Below, in pieces: positions 1 through 10,220 of a stretch of DNA of 64,000 bases (position 1 is the first letter of the stretch; the number at the start of each line of letters is the position of its first letter). Below the pieces are notes generated by a model, which was given only the letters and a program-made list of their open reading frames with translations, did not search any database and was not told where the DNA came from. The translations under genes were made by a program, and so were the position numbers. The stretch is from an uncultured virus (IMG/VR IMGVR_UViG_2061766007_003888) (lineage: Duplodnaviria > Heunggongvirae > Uroviricota > Caudoviricetes). The DNA lies in the IMG/VR virus record IMGVR_UViG_2061766007_003888, one strand, 5' to 3'.

Positions 1-215
1 CTGGATATACTGGTACATACGGAATCGAACTATCATATGGCCTTCGACAATTACGGGATGGAATCCATGCTGTCCGCGTTATAGGGGTTTAAATCATGGT
101 AACATTTATTAAAGCGGCGCGGAAAATCGACGATACGGNNNNNNNNNNTAGAACCGCGTAACGTATATACCGTACTCGCGAACTGGGAAACCGAAACCGT
201 GTTAAAGGAACTGGA

Positions 216-683
216 ATGAAGACTTACGACGAATGTATCGCCGGAGGATTTACGCCGACACGGAAATACGGGTGGTTCGATTACAAGCGCGACTACGTGC
301 GGCATATCCGGAAACTTGCCAAACGGATGGGGTTTGTCCGTGTTTCCTCCCGGACCAGTGAGGCGATCGGGGTAATCTTTTACAAGTATGTCATCAGCAA
401 GACAAGGCATCTCGAAAAATGTTATTATTTCGCATTCTATGACTGCGCCGGGAATATATTGCCGGAAATGCGGCTATTCGCGAAGATGACTGATAAAAAA
501 TACAACATAGACCTGATATTGACGACTGGAAATTATGAGTCGGGGCCGTGTTCGGCGTTCAAGTATATCGGAGTACCGGAAGAACTCGTAGAAATGATGT
601 TTTCCAAATGTAATCATCCGCAACAATTCCGTATGTACCTGGAAAACTGGAAAAATCTAAATATACTCGACGGGCTGACATAG
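216..683 (+). CDS. small hypothetical protein, member 1 of C-terminal-motif array
   Basis: 155-aa ORF ending ...MYLENWKNLNILDGLT*. Confidence 0.75.
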   Translation: MKTYDECIAGGFTPTRKYGWFDYKRDYVRHIRKLAKRMGFVRVSSRTSEAIGVIFYKYVISKTRHLEKCYYFAFYDCAGNILPEMRLFAKMTDKKYNIDLILTTGNYESGPCSAFKYIGVPEELVEMMFSKCNHPQQFRMYLENWKNLNILDGLT

Positions 684-709
684 TCCAGTCTTTATGCTAT
701 ATTTACCGT

Positions 710-1054
710 ATGGGTCTGGAAGCGAAATTGCAGAGATTAAACGGCGTATTCGCCGATGCCGGCTATGTATTGGGTGATTCGATAGGCGAAAACCGCTTTT
801 ATCATAATGATGCGAAAGGCGCCTTTATAACTGCCCGGGTATTTCCTGATAGAATTGTACTCGCATATCATGACATAACCGCGACGAACGCAGATGATTT
901 TTACCTTATGTCTACGGGCAGTAACTGCTATCTATTCAAATATACGAATATTCCGGAAGATAAATTCCTGATGCTCGCCATAGGGTATGATACCAAGGAT
1001 ATAAGGATAACGTTGTCCAATTGGGAAATGGAGCATATACTCGATGAATTATGA
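710..1054 (+). CDS. small hypothetical protein, array member 2
   Basis: 114-aa ORF ending ...LSNWEMEHILDEL*; GCTATATT promoter-like motif 6 nt before the ATG. Confidence 0.75.
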   Translation: MGLEAKLQRLNGVFADAGYVLGDSIGENRFYHNDAKGAFITARVFPDRIVLAYHDITATNADDFYLMSTGSNCYLFKYTNIPEDKFLMLAIGYDTKDIRITLSNWEMEHILDEL

Positions 1055-1445
1055 TGCACCTTTTGATGCCATAAGGCGTGCCGGCTGTGCAGGCAGGCAA
1101 TTACCGATAAGCGCCATCAGGAATATATTGGTATCCGCCGGGTGGGAAGAAGCTATGCCTTTAGAAGAGAAGACGATATACAAAGACAAGCAGGTTGAAT
1201 TGAAAAAGGATAAATACCATGTAGTTGTCGCGAAGCAGTATATCCTGCTCATGGATGTAACTTATGGCGTAATTGACGCATGTGATTCGCATAATCGGTT
1301 TATCGCGACGACCGGCGATTTTCGCACGTACCGTAACAGGAAAATTCCAGTATATAAATTTTTGGATATACTGGTACATACGGAATCAAACTATCATATG
1401 GCGTTCGACAATTACGGGATGGAATCCATGCTGTCCGTGCTATAG
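1044..1445 (+). CDS. small hypothetical protein, array member 3
   Basis: 133-aa ORF overlapping the previous stop, ending ...FDNYGMESMLSVL*; 3' end duplicated at window start. Confidence 0.75.
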   Translation: MNYDAPFDAIRRAGCAGRQLPISAIRNILVSAGWEEAMPLEEKTIYKDKQVELKKDKYHVVVAKQYILLMDVTYGVIDACDSHNRFIATTGDFRTYRNRKIPVYKFLDILVHTESNYHMAFDNYGMESMLSVL

Positions 1446-1456
1446 GGGGTTAAATC

Positions 1457-1861
1457 ATGGTAACATTTATTAAAGCGGCGCGGAAAATCGACGATACGGT
1501 CAAGTCTTTCGAAATTCAGTCGATTATCGACTACGTAGATAATCTGGGATTCGAACTGGATCCGAACTATAATAACGACTACGGTATTCGCCTGTTGAAA
1601 AAATGCAAAGACGGAATATTCGAGCTTGACTGCTGTCGTGAGTTTAGAGGTGCATACGGAATAAACGCTTGGCTGTCCTGGTCTAGCGAGCAGACACATC
1701 TTACACATACGATTGTATCCGTATATAATTCGGCGTNNNNNNNNNNNNNNNNNNNNNNNNNNNNNNNNNNNNNNNNNNNNNNNNNNNNNNNNNNNNNNNN
1801 NNGGGATTTCAATATGTACCGCGACAACTGGTATAACGCTGCGATGCTGAATATATTATAA
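1457..1861 (+). CDS. small hypothetical protein, array member 4 (gapped)
   Basis: ORF across an N gap ending ...RDNWYNAAMLNIL*; variant 3' end repeated at ~1950-2089. Confidence 0.65.
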   Translation: MVTFIKAARKIDDTVKSFEIQSIIDYVDNLGFELDPNYNNDYGIRLLKKCKDGIFELDCCREFRGAYGINAWLSWSSEQTHLTHTIVSVYNSAXXXXXXXXXXXXXXXXXXXXXXXDFNMYRDNWYNAAMLNIL

Positions 1862-2101
1862 AGGATTATATCTATGAATAATCGATACGGGAATCGTCTG
1901 GAAGCCCTCGACGATGATGAATATTTCTGGGAAAGCCTTNNNNNNNNNNATGAAATTATAAATGTCGGCCTGGACGTATTCAAGGAAATGCTGCGTACGC
2001 TCGATATGATTGACGGAAAATGTCATCGTCCGGATTTCAATATGTACCGCGACAACTGGTATAACGCCGCGATGCTGAATGTATTATAAAGGATTATATC
2101 T

Positions 2102-2446
2102 ATGAATAATCGATACAGGAATCGTCTGGAAGCCCTCGACGATGATGAATATTTCTGGGAAAGCCTTCGGATTGACGACAGGTCGTTGAAGTACATAGAC
2201 CAGCTCTGTGTATCGATTGATATCAAACGGGATCGTGAATCCGGGCAGTTGGTCTATATATTGGTATTGACCTGCCCTAATTGCATGATCGGTTCATACG
2301 ACTATACGGAATACGAATATTACAAATCGTTGGAAAACTTCGACGCCGGTTATAAGGAATATAAGGAAAACCCCGAAAAGTGTCATAAGAGATACGTGGA
2401 ATTTATGAACAATTACCATACATGCTTGATGGAAGAAACGTTATGA
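2102..2446 (+). CDS. small hypothetical protein, array member 5
   Basis: 114-aa ORF, AAGGA upstream, ending ...MNNYHTCLMEETL*. Confidence 0.7.
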   Translation: MNNRYRNRLEALDDDEYFWESLRIDDRSLKYIDQLCVSIDIKRDRESGQLVYILVLTCPNCMIGSYDYTEYEYYKSLENFDAGYKEYKENPEKCHKRYVEFMNNYHTCLMEETL

Positions 2447-2727
2447 ACGAAGCAGCTACCGCTTTCTTAAAGGCTGAAACCGCTTTTAACAATACCGAGC
2501 CGAAATTGTTACAGGTATATTTTTTATCGGACGAAAGGTTGATGCGGATAATCCCGGCGAATCCGGATAATTTCATATGCGATAACGACGTGTTTATCTA
2601 CGAGTATACGGTACCCATGAGCGAATCCGCGCTGGACGAACTCGAAAATCTCCGTATCAACAAGAAGACCGTATATAAGTATTTTATGAACGCGTATTAC
2701 GAGAAACTTTTCGAGAGCCTGGAATAG
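2443..2727 (+). CDS. small hypothetical protein, array member 6
   Basis: ATGA overlap with previous gene; ends ...FMNAYYEKLFESLE*. Confidence 0.7.
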   Translation: MNEAATAFLKAETAFNNTEPKLLQVYFLSDERLMRIIPANPDNFICDNDVFIYEYTVPMSESALDELENLRINKKTVYKYFMNAYYEKLFESLE

Positions 2728-2729
2728 TT

Positions 2730-3206
2730 ATGAAATTGAGGAAAAAACAACAAGAAGATTACGACGAATTCAGGATTTTTATCGCCAGGACGGTTTCCCC
2801 GTATTCGCCGATATTCAAGGAGAGCGAAGATATTGAGCAATTCCCGTATTCGTTTTCCTATAAGTTTAAACTGTCGCATGACAAACCTGACTGGGTTTTT
2901 AATCCGTTTAAACCGGAATACTTAGAATATACGAGGGATTTCATATACGATACTATCGTATCGTTCCAGTTTTACTATATGGTAAGCGCGATAGATTTAA
3001 GTTCTAAATTCTATATGCGTATCAGTATATTCAGGTTTGAAGAGCGTACAAACATATTCTTATATGAAAACCTTGACCTGTTCAAGAAAGACTTTACCGA
3101 AATAATCGATATATTCAAGAATAATTTCAAGGCGAAATCCATAAAGGATATAGATATGGTAATCGGTAATTTCGAAAATTATTGCGCACTGGCCAAGCTC
3201 GAATAA
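2730..3206 (+). CDS. small hypothetical protein, array member 7
   Basis: 158-aa ORF ending ...IGNFENYCALAKLE*. Confidence 0.7.
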   Translation: MKLRKKQQEDYDEFRIFIARTVSPYSPIFKESEDIEQFPYSFSYKFKLSHDKPDWVFNPFKPEYLEYTRDFIYDTIVSFQFYYMVSAIDLSSKFYMRISIFRFEERTNIFLYENLDLFKKDFTEIIDIFKNNFKAKSIKDIDMVIGNFENYCALAKLE

Positions 3207-3210
3207 AAAA

Positions 3211-3234
3211 TAATCCTGGCAAACGCCAGGATTA
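3211..3234. terminator. intrinsic terminator hairpin between convergent genes
   Basis: TAATCCTGGC-AAAC-GCCAGGATTA perfect inverted repeat with A-rich flank. Confidence 0.7.
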
Positions 3235-3261
3235 AATAATATATAAAGGAATCAGAACAAA

Positions 3262-4316
3262 CTACTTCTTGCCGGCTTTGACGGCTTCCATCTTAATCTG
3301 CTTCTTAGCAGCTTCGATCTTCTGCCTAATCTTTGCCTTGACTGCAGTAAGAATATCAGATTCGAGTAAATCGTATCGAGAATTAATAATCTTACCCATC
3401 AAATAATCCGACTTCTCATTAAGCGGCTGACCCTTGCGGGCATAGAAATTGTACGCTTCGGACTTCGTCTCGTCGGCCGGAGCTTCTTCTTCCTCTTCGC
3501 CTTCGGAAGACTCTTCTCCGCCTTCACTTTCGCCTTCGGAAGAACCTTCCCCGCCCTCTTCCGAGGAACTTCCTTCGGAAGATTCGCCTTCGCCGGATTC
3601 ACCGCCTTCGGAACTTTCACCGCCTTCTTCGGAAGAACCCTCTTCGGAACTTCCCTCTTCGCCGCCGAAATCGTCCATGGACGCCTCTTCGGAACCGCCC
3701 TCTTCAGCAGCGGGTTCACCGGCAGGTTCGGCTTCAGGTTCTGCCTTTTCTTCACCGAGCTTCTCGACCTTGTCGGTCAGAGTCTGGATTGCGGTAGTCA
3801 GCGTAGAAAGGATATCCTTGAGTTCGGTCTGCGTCTCGGTTTCGTCCGGGGTGCCGTCGTCTTCCTTCTGTTCGCCTTCCTTGTCTTCGGAACCGAAATC
3901 TTCCATATTGTCCTTGTCCTCGGCATCGCCTTCGACAGGGGTGTCAGATTCGGCTCCGTCGTCCGTACCAGTATCTTCAGCCGGTTCTTCGGAAATATCG
4001 ACATCGTCCGTCGGTGCGTCTACAGTGACGTCGCCTTCGGGCTTGGTTTCTTCCTCACCAGTAGAATCNNNNNNNNNNTGGTGTCAGATTCGGCACCGTC
4101 ATCCGTACCGGTATCTTCAGCCGGCTCTTCGGAAATATCGACATCGTCCGTCGGCGCATCTACAGTGACGTCGCCTTCGGGCTTGGTTTCTTCCTCACCA
4201 GTAGAATCGTCGGCGGAAACGGTAGTTTCTTCGGTACCGTCCAAAAATTCCTCATCAAGCTTGTGTGCCTTCTTCCAGGCAGTAAACTTGGTATCTTCGT
4301 AATTCTGCTTTTTCAT
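3262..4316 (-). CDS. highly acidic Glu/Gly/Ser-rich late protein, possible prohead core/scaffold (gapped, internal duplication)
   Basis: MKKQNYED... start with AAGGA and upstream TATAAATA (~4341); EEGSS repeats; basic C-terminal helix. Confidence 0.55.
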
Positions 4317-4369
4317 ATATTTTCCTTTATATATTCTTATTATTTATAAACTTTTTGAAAACTCAATTT

Positions 4370-4783
4370 TTAGAGGGTGCTCTTGTATACCTGGTATTCC
4401 GGGGAATTGTAAAGTTCCATGAATTTCCTGTCCAGTTCCAGGCATCTCGTAAAGGACTTGACCGAGTTGCACGCCTGTGTCTTGTAGTCATAGAAGAACG
4501 TAGCGAACGTATCCTTGTAGTTCTTGGAAAGCTTAAACATATCCATGACCGTCACCGGCTTTACCATGTCGACGAGCACTTTGACGGCATCCTTCGACAG
4601 GTTGTCCTTGATAAACTTTTCCGTGGCCGTAATGGCGGCTTTCAGCTGTTCGTCCTTTTTCACGTCTTCGAGATCCGCGCCGTTGATTACGCGGGGGACG
4701 ATAAGCGTAAAGATTAACGGGTTATTTTCCATCTTGCTGAACTCGACGGATTCGGTCATGATATATTCTTTCAGTTTGGCCAT
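4370..4783 (-). CDS. hypothetical protein
   Basis: 137-aa ORF, N-terminus MAKLKEYIMTES. Confidence 0.7.
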   Translation of the reverse strand: MAKLKEYIMTESVEFSKMENNPLIFTLIVPRVINGADLEDVKKDEQLKAAITATEKFIKDNLSKDAVKVLVDMVKPVTVMDMFKLSKNYKDTFATFFYDYKTQACNSVKSFTRCLELDRKFMELYNSPEYQVYKSTL

Positions 4784-4785
4784 GA

Positions 4786-5109
4786 TTAACCTTTCTTTAA
4801 TTCCTTGAACGATTTGTACTGGGCGGCGATTTCCGCCATGGAAATCGCGATATGGTTCAATGTACCCTTTATTTCCTTAATATCTTCCTTGATGCCGTTA
4901 TTCTCTGCCATAAGATATTCAATATCCTTTTGTTTCAGGCTGCTGTCCTTCATAAGTACGTTTATCTCCTCCTGAAGTTTCTTGATGGAGTCATCGCGGT
5001 TTACTGCGGTGGTCTTACGCTGGAAAAACACGATTAGGTAGACTATCGCGCCAACAAGTATCGCAGTTGCATTGCCGGATTCAAACGCTGTCGAAAGTAT
5101 GTTTTCCAT
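4786..5109 (-). CDS. small membrane protein with coiled coil, possible holin
   Basis: single hydrophobic helix AILVGAIVYLIVFF followed by heptad-like segment; AAGGA upstream. Confidence 0.45.
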   Translation of the reverse strand: MENILSTAFESGNATAILVGAIVYLIVFFQRKTTAVNRDDSIKKLQEEINVLMKDSSLKQKDIEYLMAENNGIKEDIKEIKGTLNHIAISMAEIAAQYKSFKELKKG

Positions 5110-5160
5110 TTCTTGTATATCCTTTTGTAATTATTTATAAGATATTTTAATACACAACTT

Positions 5161-5929
5161 TTAACAATAGTAGAAACTCGTAGGATCTGCCATAGAATCT
5201 TGTTTAATCCGTTCAGGAGTAGACAGGATCCATTTCTCGCCACGCTCGTATATACCGAGACCGTCGGCGAGCAAGTCGACNNNNNNNNNNGACGATGTCC
5301 TTGCCGACACGGAGAGGCCTGTCAAGCGTACCGTCGCCGACAATCGTCATGTCGTGCGGGGAACGGTCACCGTAAAAATAGTCCTTCAGCGAGTCGGACC
5401 AAATCTTTATAGCGCCGTCGCCGGATGTACCGTCGGGATGTTCCCCGATATCGCAATACGCGGAAATCGCGCTGTAGTCGGCCTTGTTACCGAGTTCGTC
5501 GTACAAAGCGGAAATATTGTCGTAGATATTCGGAACATACGCAGCGGAATCCCATATGGCGGAATTCGCGGATAATGCATAATAACCTTCTGCGATTTCC
5601 TCGTAGTCATCCATTTCCTGGATACGGTCAAAAATAGCGGAGATCGCTGACGGGTCGAACGCGGTAAGACCGCTCAGTCCGGAATAACTGTTCCAGAGCG
5701 CCATATCGGCCGAAGTAACGCAAAGGCATTCGCTGTCGTCGGGATGACAGCAGTCGACAGGATAAGGTACCACGTGCGCAGGTTCGGAATCGTTCCACCT
5801 GTGCATACGGCCGTGCGGCCAGTCAGCATGCGGAGCATACGGCCATTCAGGATAATGCGGTATGTTATCCGGCGTCATATCCGGTCTCGGCGGATACGGA
5901 GGCCTCGGCGGAGGCGGAAATCTTTTTGG
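5161..5929 (-). CDS. Pro-rich putative virion protein (partial, gapped)
   Basis: open frame from the large N gap; IVGDGTLDRPLRV resembles motifs in tail proteins. Confidence 0.4.
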
Positions 5930-6941
5930 NNNNNNNNNNNNNNNNNNNNNNNNNNNNNNNNNNNNNNNNNNNNNNNNNNNNNNNNNNNNNNNNNNNNNNN
6001 NNNNNNNNNNNNNNNNNNNNNNNNNNNNNNNNNNNNNNNNNNNNNNNNNNNNNNNNNNNNNNNNNNNNNNNNNNNNNNNNNNNNNNNNNNNNNNNNNNNN
6101 NNNNNNNNNNNNNNNNNNNNNNNNNNNNNNNNNNNNNNNNNNNNNNNNNNNNNNNNNNNNNNNNNNNNNNNNNNNNNNNNNNNNNNNNNNNNNNNNNNNN
6201 NNNNNNNNNNNNNNNNNNNNNNNNNNNNNNNNNNNNNNNNNNNNNNNNNNNNNNNNNNNNNNNNNNNNNNNNNNNNNNNNNNNNNNNNNNNNNNNNNNNN
6301 NNNNNNNNNNNNNNNNNNNNNNNNNNNNNNNNNNNNNNNNNNNNNNNNNNNNNNNNNNNNNNNNNNNNNNNNNNNNNNNNNNNNNNNNNNNNNNNNNNNN
6401 NNNNNNNNNNNNNNNNNNNNNNNNNNNNNNNNNNNNNNNNNNNNNNNNNNNNNNNNNNNNNNNNNNNNNNNNNNNNNNNNNNNNNNNNNNNNNNNNNNNN
6501 NNNNNNNNNNNNNNNNNNNNNNNNNNNNNNNNNNNNNNNNNNNNNNNNNNNNNNNNNNNNNNNNNNNNNNNNNNNNNNNNNNNNNNNNNNNNNNNNNNNN
6601 NNNNNNNNNNNNNNNNNNTTGACCGTTTTCGTCGATTTTCAGGTTCTTGCTTATGTCGAGCGCGGTTAACGTGCTGGACTGCGTCCTTATGCCTTTTATG
6701 GCGTTCTTCAGAGCGTTATAGTCGTCGTTTACGAGCCTGTAGAACTTGGTACGGTTGAACTTGCCGGCCTTTATCTTGGAAAGCGANNNNNNNNNNCTTC
6801 GCGATTTCTACCTTGTCAGTAGGGAGATTGACGACATAGCCGTTCTGACGGGCAATTTCTTTCGCCTTGACGATATCTTGAACAGTCACTTCACTCATAG
6901 TGTTTCCTTTATTATTAAACATTGTTCTTATTATATATATG

Positions 6942-8435
6942 TTAAATTTTTAACTCACCGTAGCGTTTTACGGCATCGGTATTCTTCTTCCAGTTATTTA
7001 TAAATTCATGCAGCGAAATACATTCCAGCGAGAATTCCGAGTTCGGGTTATTGCGTATTTCGATGGCGGCCGACATCACAGGTATAATACTGTGTCCCTT
7101 GAACATGACGGTATTGTCGACGTTGCCCTGCATGACGACTTCTACCGGTTCTGTCTGTGCCGGGACCGGCAGCCAGTTACAGCCGTCCTTATACCATACC
7201 TGACCGTTTTCGTCGATTTTCAGATTCTTGCTTATGTCGAGCGCGGTTAACGTGCTGGACTGCGTCCTTATGCCCTTTATGGCATTCTTCAGAGCATTAT
7301 AGTCGTCATTTACGAGTCTGTAGAACTTGGTACGGTTGAACTTGCCGGCCTTTATCTTGGAAAGCGAGATATTGCCGTCGGCGTTCGTCGGCAACAACCA
7401 TTCGCTCAGGTTGACAGCGTTATTCGCTTTTCTGAGTTTTTCCGGATCGACACACATCTTGGACGCTCTCTCGATTTCGAGCTTGAGGTTCGTCAGCCTG
7501 TTCGCAGCGCCTTCGAGCCCGCCGTAAATCGAGTTACGGTATCCGACGGATATGTTGTAACCGTCGCCGTCCTTTTCCAGTTTCAGCTTGGACATAGCGT
7601 CCTGGTAGAAATTGGACGCGGTGGCAATCTCCGCACAGGAATCCTGCCCGTCGAAAACGCAAGTGAAGAAACTGAGAAGTTTCTCGAGCCAGTCGAGCAG
7701 ACCCCAGTCGATAAGCTGGTTGAGATAGCGTTCGATTTGCAGCCTGAGTTCCTTTATCTTGCGCTCGAGCCATTCAAGATACATCTCGATCTGGTCCCTG
7801 CACCAGTTAAGCAACTGCTTGATATAGGATATACCGAACTCGACGGTAAAACCGGCAGAACAGANNNNNNNNNNCTGTAGCCTGAGTTCCTTTATCTTGC
7901 GCTCGAGCCATTCGAGATACATCTCGATCTGGTCCCTGCACCAGTTGAGCAGCTGCTTGATATAGGATATACCGAACTCGACGGTAAAACCGGCAGAACA
8001 GACAATCCGCTGGAACTTGGAAAAATCGGAAACTATGTCCCTTATGCTGTTCAACAGGTTATCGACCTGGGCGTCGCGGATACACTGCTTGCTCCACCAT
8101 TCCTTGAGCTTCTTGAAGAGCCAGGAATCTGGATCTAGGAGTTCGTTGACGAGCGCGAGACATTTCCACAGCCTGTGGCACCAGAACGACTTGTCAGTAC
8201 CGAATATGGATTCGTACAACATGTCGAACAGTTCTTTTTCGTATACCTTTACCATGTTGACAATCGTCTTTATCGACACGTCTATGGTATAGCGGACAGT
8301 AGTCAACGCCGCCGCGGCAATCTTGTCGATGCCCTTGAGAATGTTCTTGGCGAGCCTGATATAGCCTTCTATAGTTCCCTTGATTAACGAAAGGGAACCG
8401 TAAAGGTATGTACAAATCATGCTTGCCGTTTTCAT
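6942..8435 (-). CDS. hypothetical late protein (internal duplication at gap)
   Basis: long ORF; TATAAATA at 8440-8447, 4 nt before ATG. Confidence 0.65.
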   Translation of the reverse strand: MKTASMICTYLYGSLSLIKGTIEGYIRLAKNILKGIDKIAAAALTTVRYTIDVSIKTIVNMVKVYEKELFDMLYESIFGTDKSFWCHRLWKCLALVNELLDPDSWLFKKLKEWWSKQCIRDAQVDNLLNSIRDIVSDFSKFQRIVCSAGFTVEFGISYIKQLLNWCRDQIEMYLEWLERKIKELRLQXXXXCSAGFTVEFGISYIKQLLNWCRDQIEMYLEWLERKIKELRLQIERYLNQLIDWGLLDWLEKLLSFFTCVFDGQDSCAEIATASNFYQDAMSKLKLEKDGDGYNISVGYRNSIYGGLEGAANRLTNLKLEIERASKMCVDPEKLRKANNAVNLSEWLLPTNADGNISLSKIKAGKFNRTKFYRLVNDDYNALKNAIKGIRTQSSTLTALDISKNLKIDENGQVWYKDGCNWLPVPAQTEPVEVVMQGNVDNTVMFKGHSIIPVMSAAIEIRNNPNSEFSLECISLHEFINNWKKNTDAVKRYGELKI

Positions 8436-8785
8436 GATATATTTATAACTGGCGAAATAGGCTTGGGTTCGCGATAATCGCCCTTGAAGAACTCGTAAAA
8501 CAGCATACCGCGATAATTTTCATATTCTATGGCGTATACTCCCTGTTCGGCAGTCGGGTATATATGGTGTATCTGCAGCTTGCCCTTGCCGTTTATCGAA
8601 TGGTGGCCGTGCTTACATTCCGGATGGAATATGAGCCTGTGATGTGTCGGGCAGTACGACAATACGACATTGCTGTTGAGCCTGTTGCCGAGTTCACGGG
8701 GTATTATATGATGGTATTCTATCTCGTCACGGTTTTCAGTCTGATAATCGCAGCCGGGCCAGTGACATGTATATTTGAGCTTCAC
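8432..8785 (-). CDS. small HNH endonuclease-like protein
   Basis: CHWPGC...EYHHIIPRELG...N...CPTHH zinc-binding HNH pattern; GTG start. Confidence 0.7.
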   Translation of the reverse strand: MKLKYTCHWPGCDYQTENRDEIEYHHIIPRELGNRLNSNVVLSYCPTHHRLIFHPECKHGHHSINGKGKLQIHHIYPTAEQGVYAIEYENYRGMLFYEFFKGDYREPKPISPVINIS

Positions 8786-8799
8786 GCTTTATATATAAG

Positions 8800-8832
8800 A
8801 AAAACCGAACGATTCCCGTTCGGTTTTCTTTT
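8800..8832. terminator. intrinsic terminator (second copy at ~8990-9022)
   Basis: AAAACCGAACG-5nt-CGTTCGGTTTT followed by T tract. Confidence 0.75.
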
Positions 8833-9037
8833 AATCTGTAGAACCGATTAGCGTTCGACTTCGATANNNNNNNNNNACCGAGTTCGCGGGGTATTATATG
8901 ATGGTATTCTATCTCGTCACGGTTTTCCGTCTGATAATCGCAGCCGGGCCAGTGACATATATATTTGAGCTTCACGCTTTATATATAAGAAAAACCGAAC
9001 GGGAATCGTTCGGTTTTCTTTTAATCTGTAGAACCGA

Positions 9038-10120
9038 TTAGCGTTCGACTTCGATACCCGTGGCTTCGAGTCCGGCAATAGCCTTTTCGATCTGGGCAGC
9101 TGTACCGGTAATGGTAACAGTGCTGGTGTCGAAATCAGATTCGTAGGTGACCTTGGAGTTGGAGTCAAGAATCATCTCAGCGGCGTCGACATCGTCGACC
9201 TTGACAGCGACGGAAGTCTTTTCGGAACGCGGAGCAGCGGCCGGACGGTCGAGCTTCGTCATTTCGATACCGCGCTTGCCGAGCATATCGGCGACGGCAG
9301 CAGCCTTGGACGGGGTAGCGATGAATTCGATGTTGCCAGCTTCGTCAGCGGTGGCGCCAGCAATACCGGCCTTGGAGAGGGCGATATTGACAAGCTTTTC
9401 CTTACCGGCCGGAACTTCGATGACATACTTGTCAGCGTTACGGGAAGCGCGAGAGCCGGCAGTGAGGTTGTTGATGGCGTTCTCGAGGGCGTTAAGTTCG
9501 ACTTCGTAAGCGTCGGCACCATCGAGTTCCCAAATCTGGGCGAGCTTGCCCTTCATGGATTCAATAGCGCGTTCGCCGCCGCCGGAACGGTAAGAGTTCT
9601 TGAGGCACTGGATGGCACGCTTGATGTTGCCAGTTTCGATGGCGGTATTGAAGTCAAGGCCGTCCTTGGCACCGTGGGTGGAGTTCGTGGTCTTGACGGC
9701 GTTGATGTCGTCATTGGCGATTGCTTCGGCATAGCCGCCGTCAATCATCATGTTGTAGACCTTGAGGTCGCCCGGATTGTAGTTTTCTTCGCCGTCGGCG
9801 CCCTGGCTTTCAATTTCAGCCTGGAGCTTTTCCCATGCATCGGCATACTTGGCATAGACCTTGTCACCGATGGAGGTATCCTTGGTCTTACCGGACTTGA
9901 AATTGGAACGCTTGGAGTCGATGGAGTTAATCAGGGAAAGACATGCGAGAGCGGCAGGACCTGCACCCTGGACCTTCTTGGACATTTCGTTCAGCATTTC
10001 CGGTTCAGGAATGCGTTCGACGATAGATTCAACAAGGCGGTCAAATTTTTCCCACTTCGGGTCTTCCTTAACCGTATAACCAACGGACTGAAGAAGTTTG
10101 GTAGCTTCGAAAAGATTCAT
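9038..10120 (-). CDS. hypothetical late protein, putative head-internal protein
   Basis: 360-aa ORF, AGGAG RBS, TATAAATA upstream, N-terminus MNLFEATKLLQSVGYTVKE. Confidence 0.7.
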   Translation of the reverse strand: MNLFEATKLLQSVGYTVKEDPKWEKFDRLVESIVERIPEPEMLNEMSKKVQGAGPAALACLSLINSIDSKRSNFKSGKTKDTSIGDKVYAKYADAWEKLQAEIESQGADGEENYNPGDLKVYNMMIDGGYAEAIANDDINAVKTTNSTHGAKDGLDFNTAIETGNIKRAIQCLKNSYRSGGGERAIESMKGKLAQIWELDGADAYEVELNALENAINNLTAGSRASRNADKYVIEVPAGKEKLVNIALSKAGIAGATADEAGNIEFIATPSKAAAVADMLGKRGIEMTKLDRPAAAPRSEKTSVAVKVDDVDAAEMILDSNSKVTYESDFDTSTVTITGTAAQIEKAIAGLEATGIEVER

Positions 10121-10220
10121 TTTAAATATTCTCCTATTTTAGTTTTATATTTTATTTATAAAAGTTTTTTCTGACAAATTTTAAGAATATTATAAATAAT
10201 AGAGAAATTTAGGAGAATTT

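Noticed and set aside
3480..3740. Short tandem nucleotide repeats (also 52040-52194) as CRISPR or VNTR
   Set aside because: They encode low-complexity EEGSS or GGDD peptide, with no repeat-spacer periodicity and no cas genes.
5930..6618. ORFs spanning long N runs
   Set aside because: There is no sequence information; they are artefacts of the ORF track.
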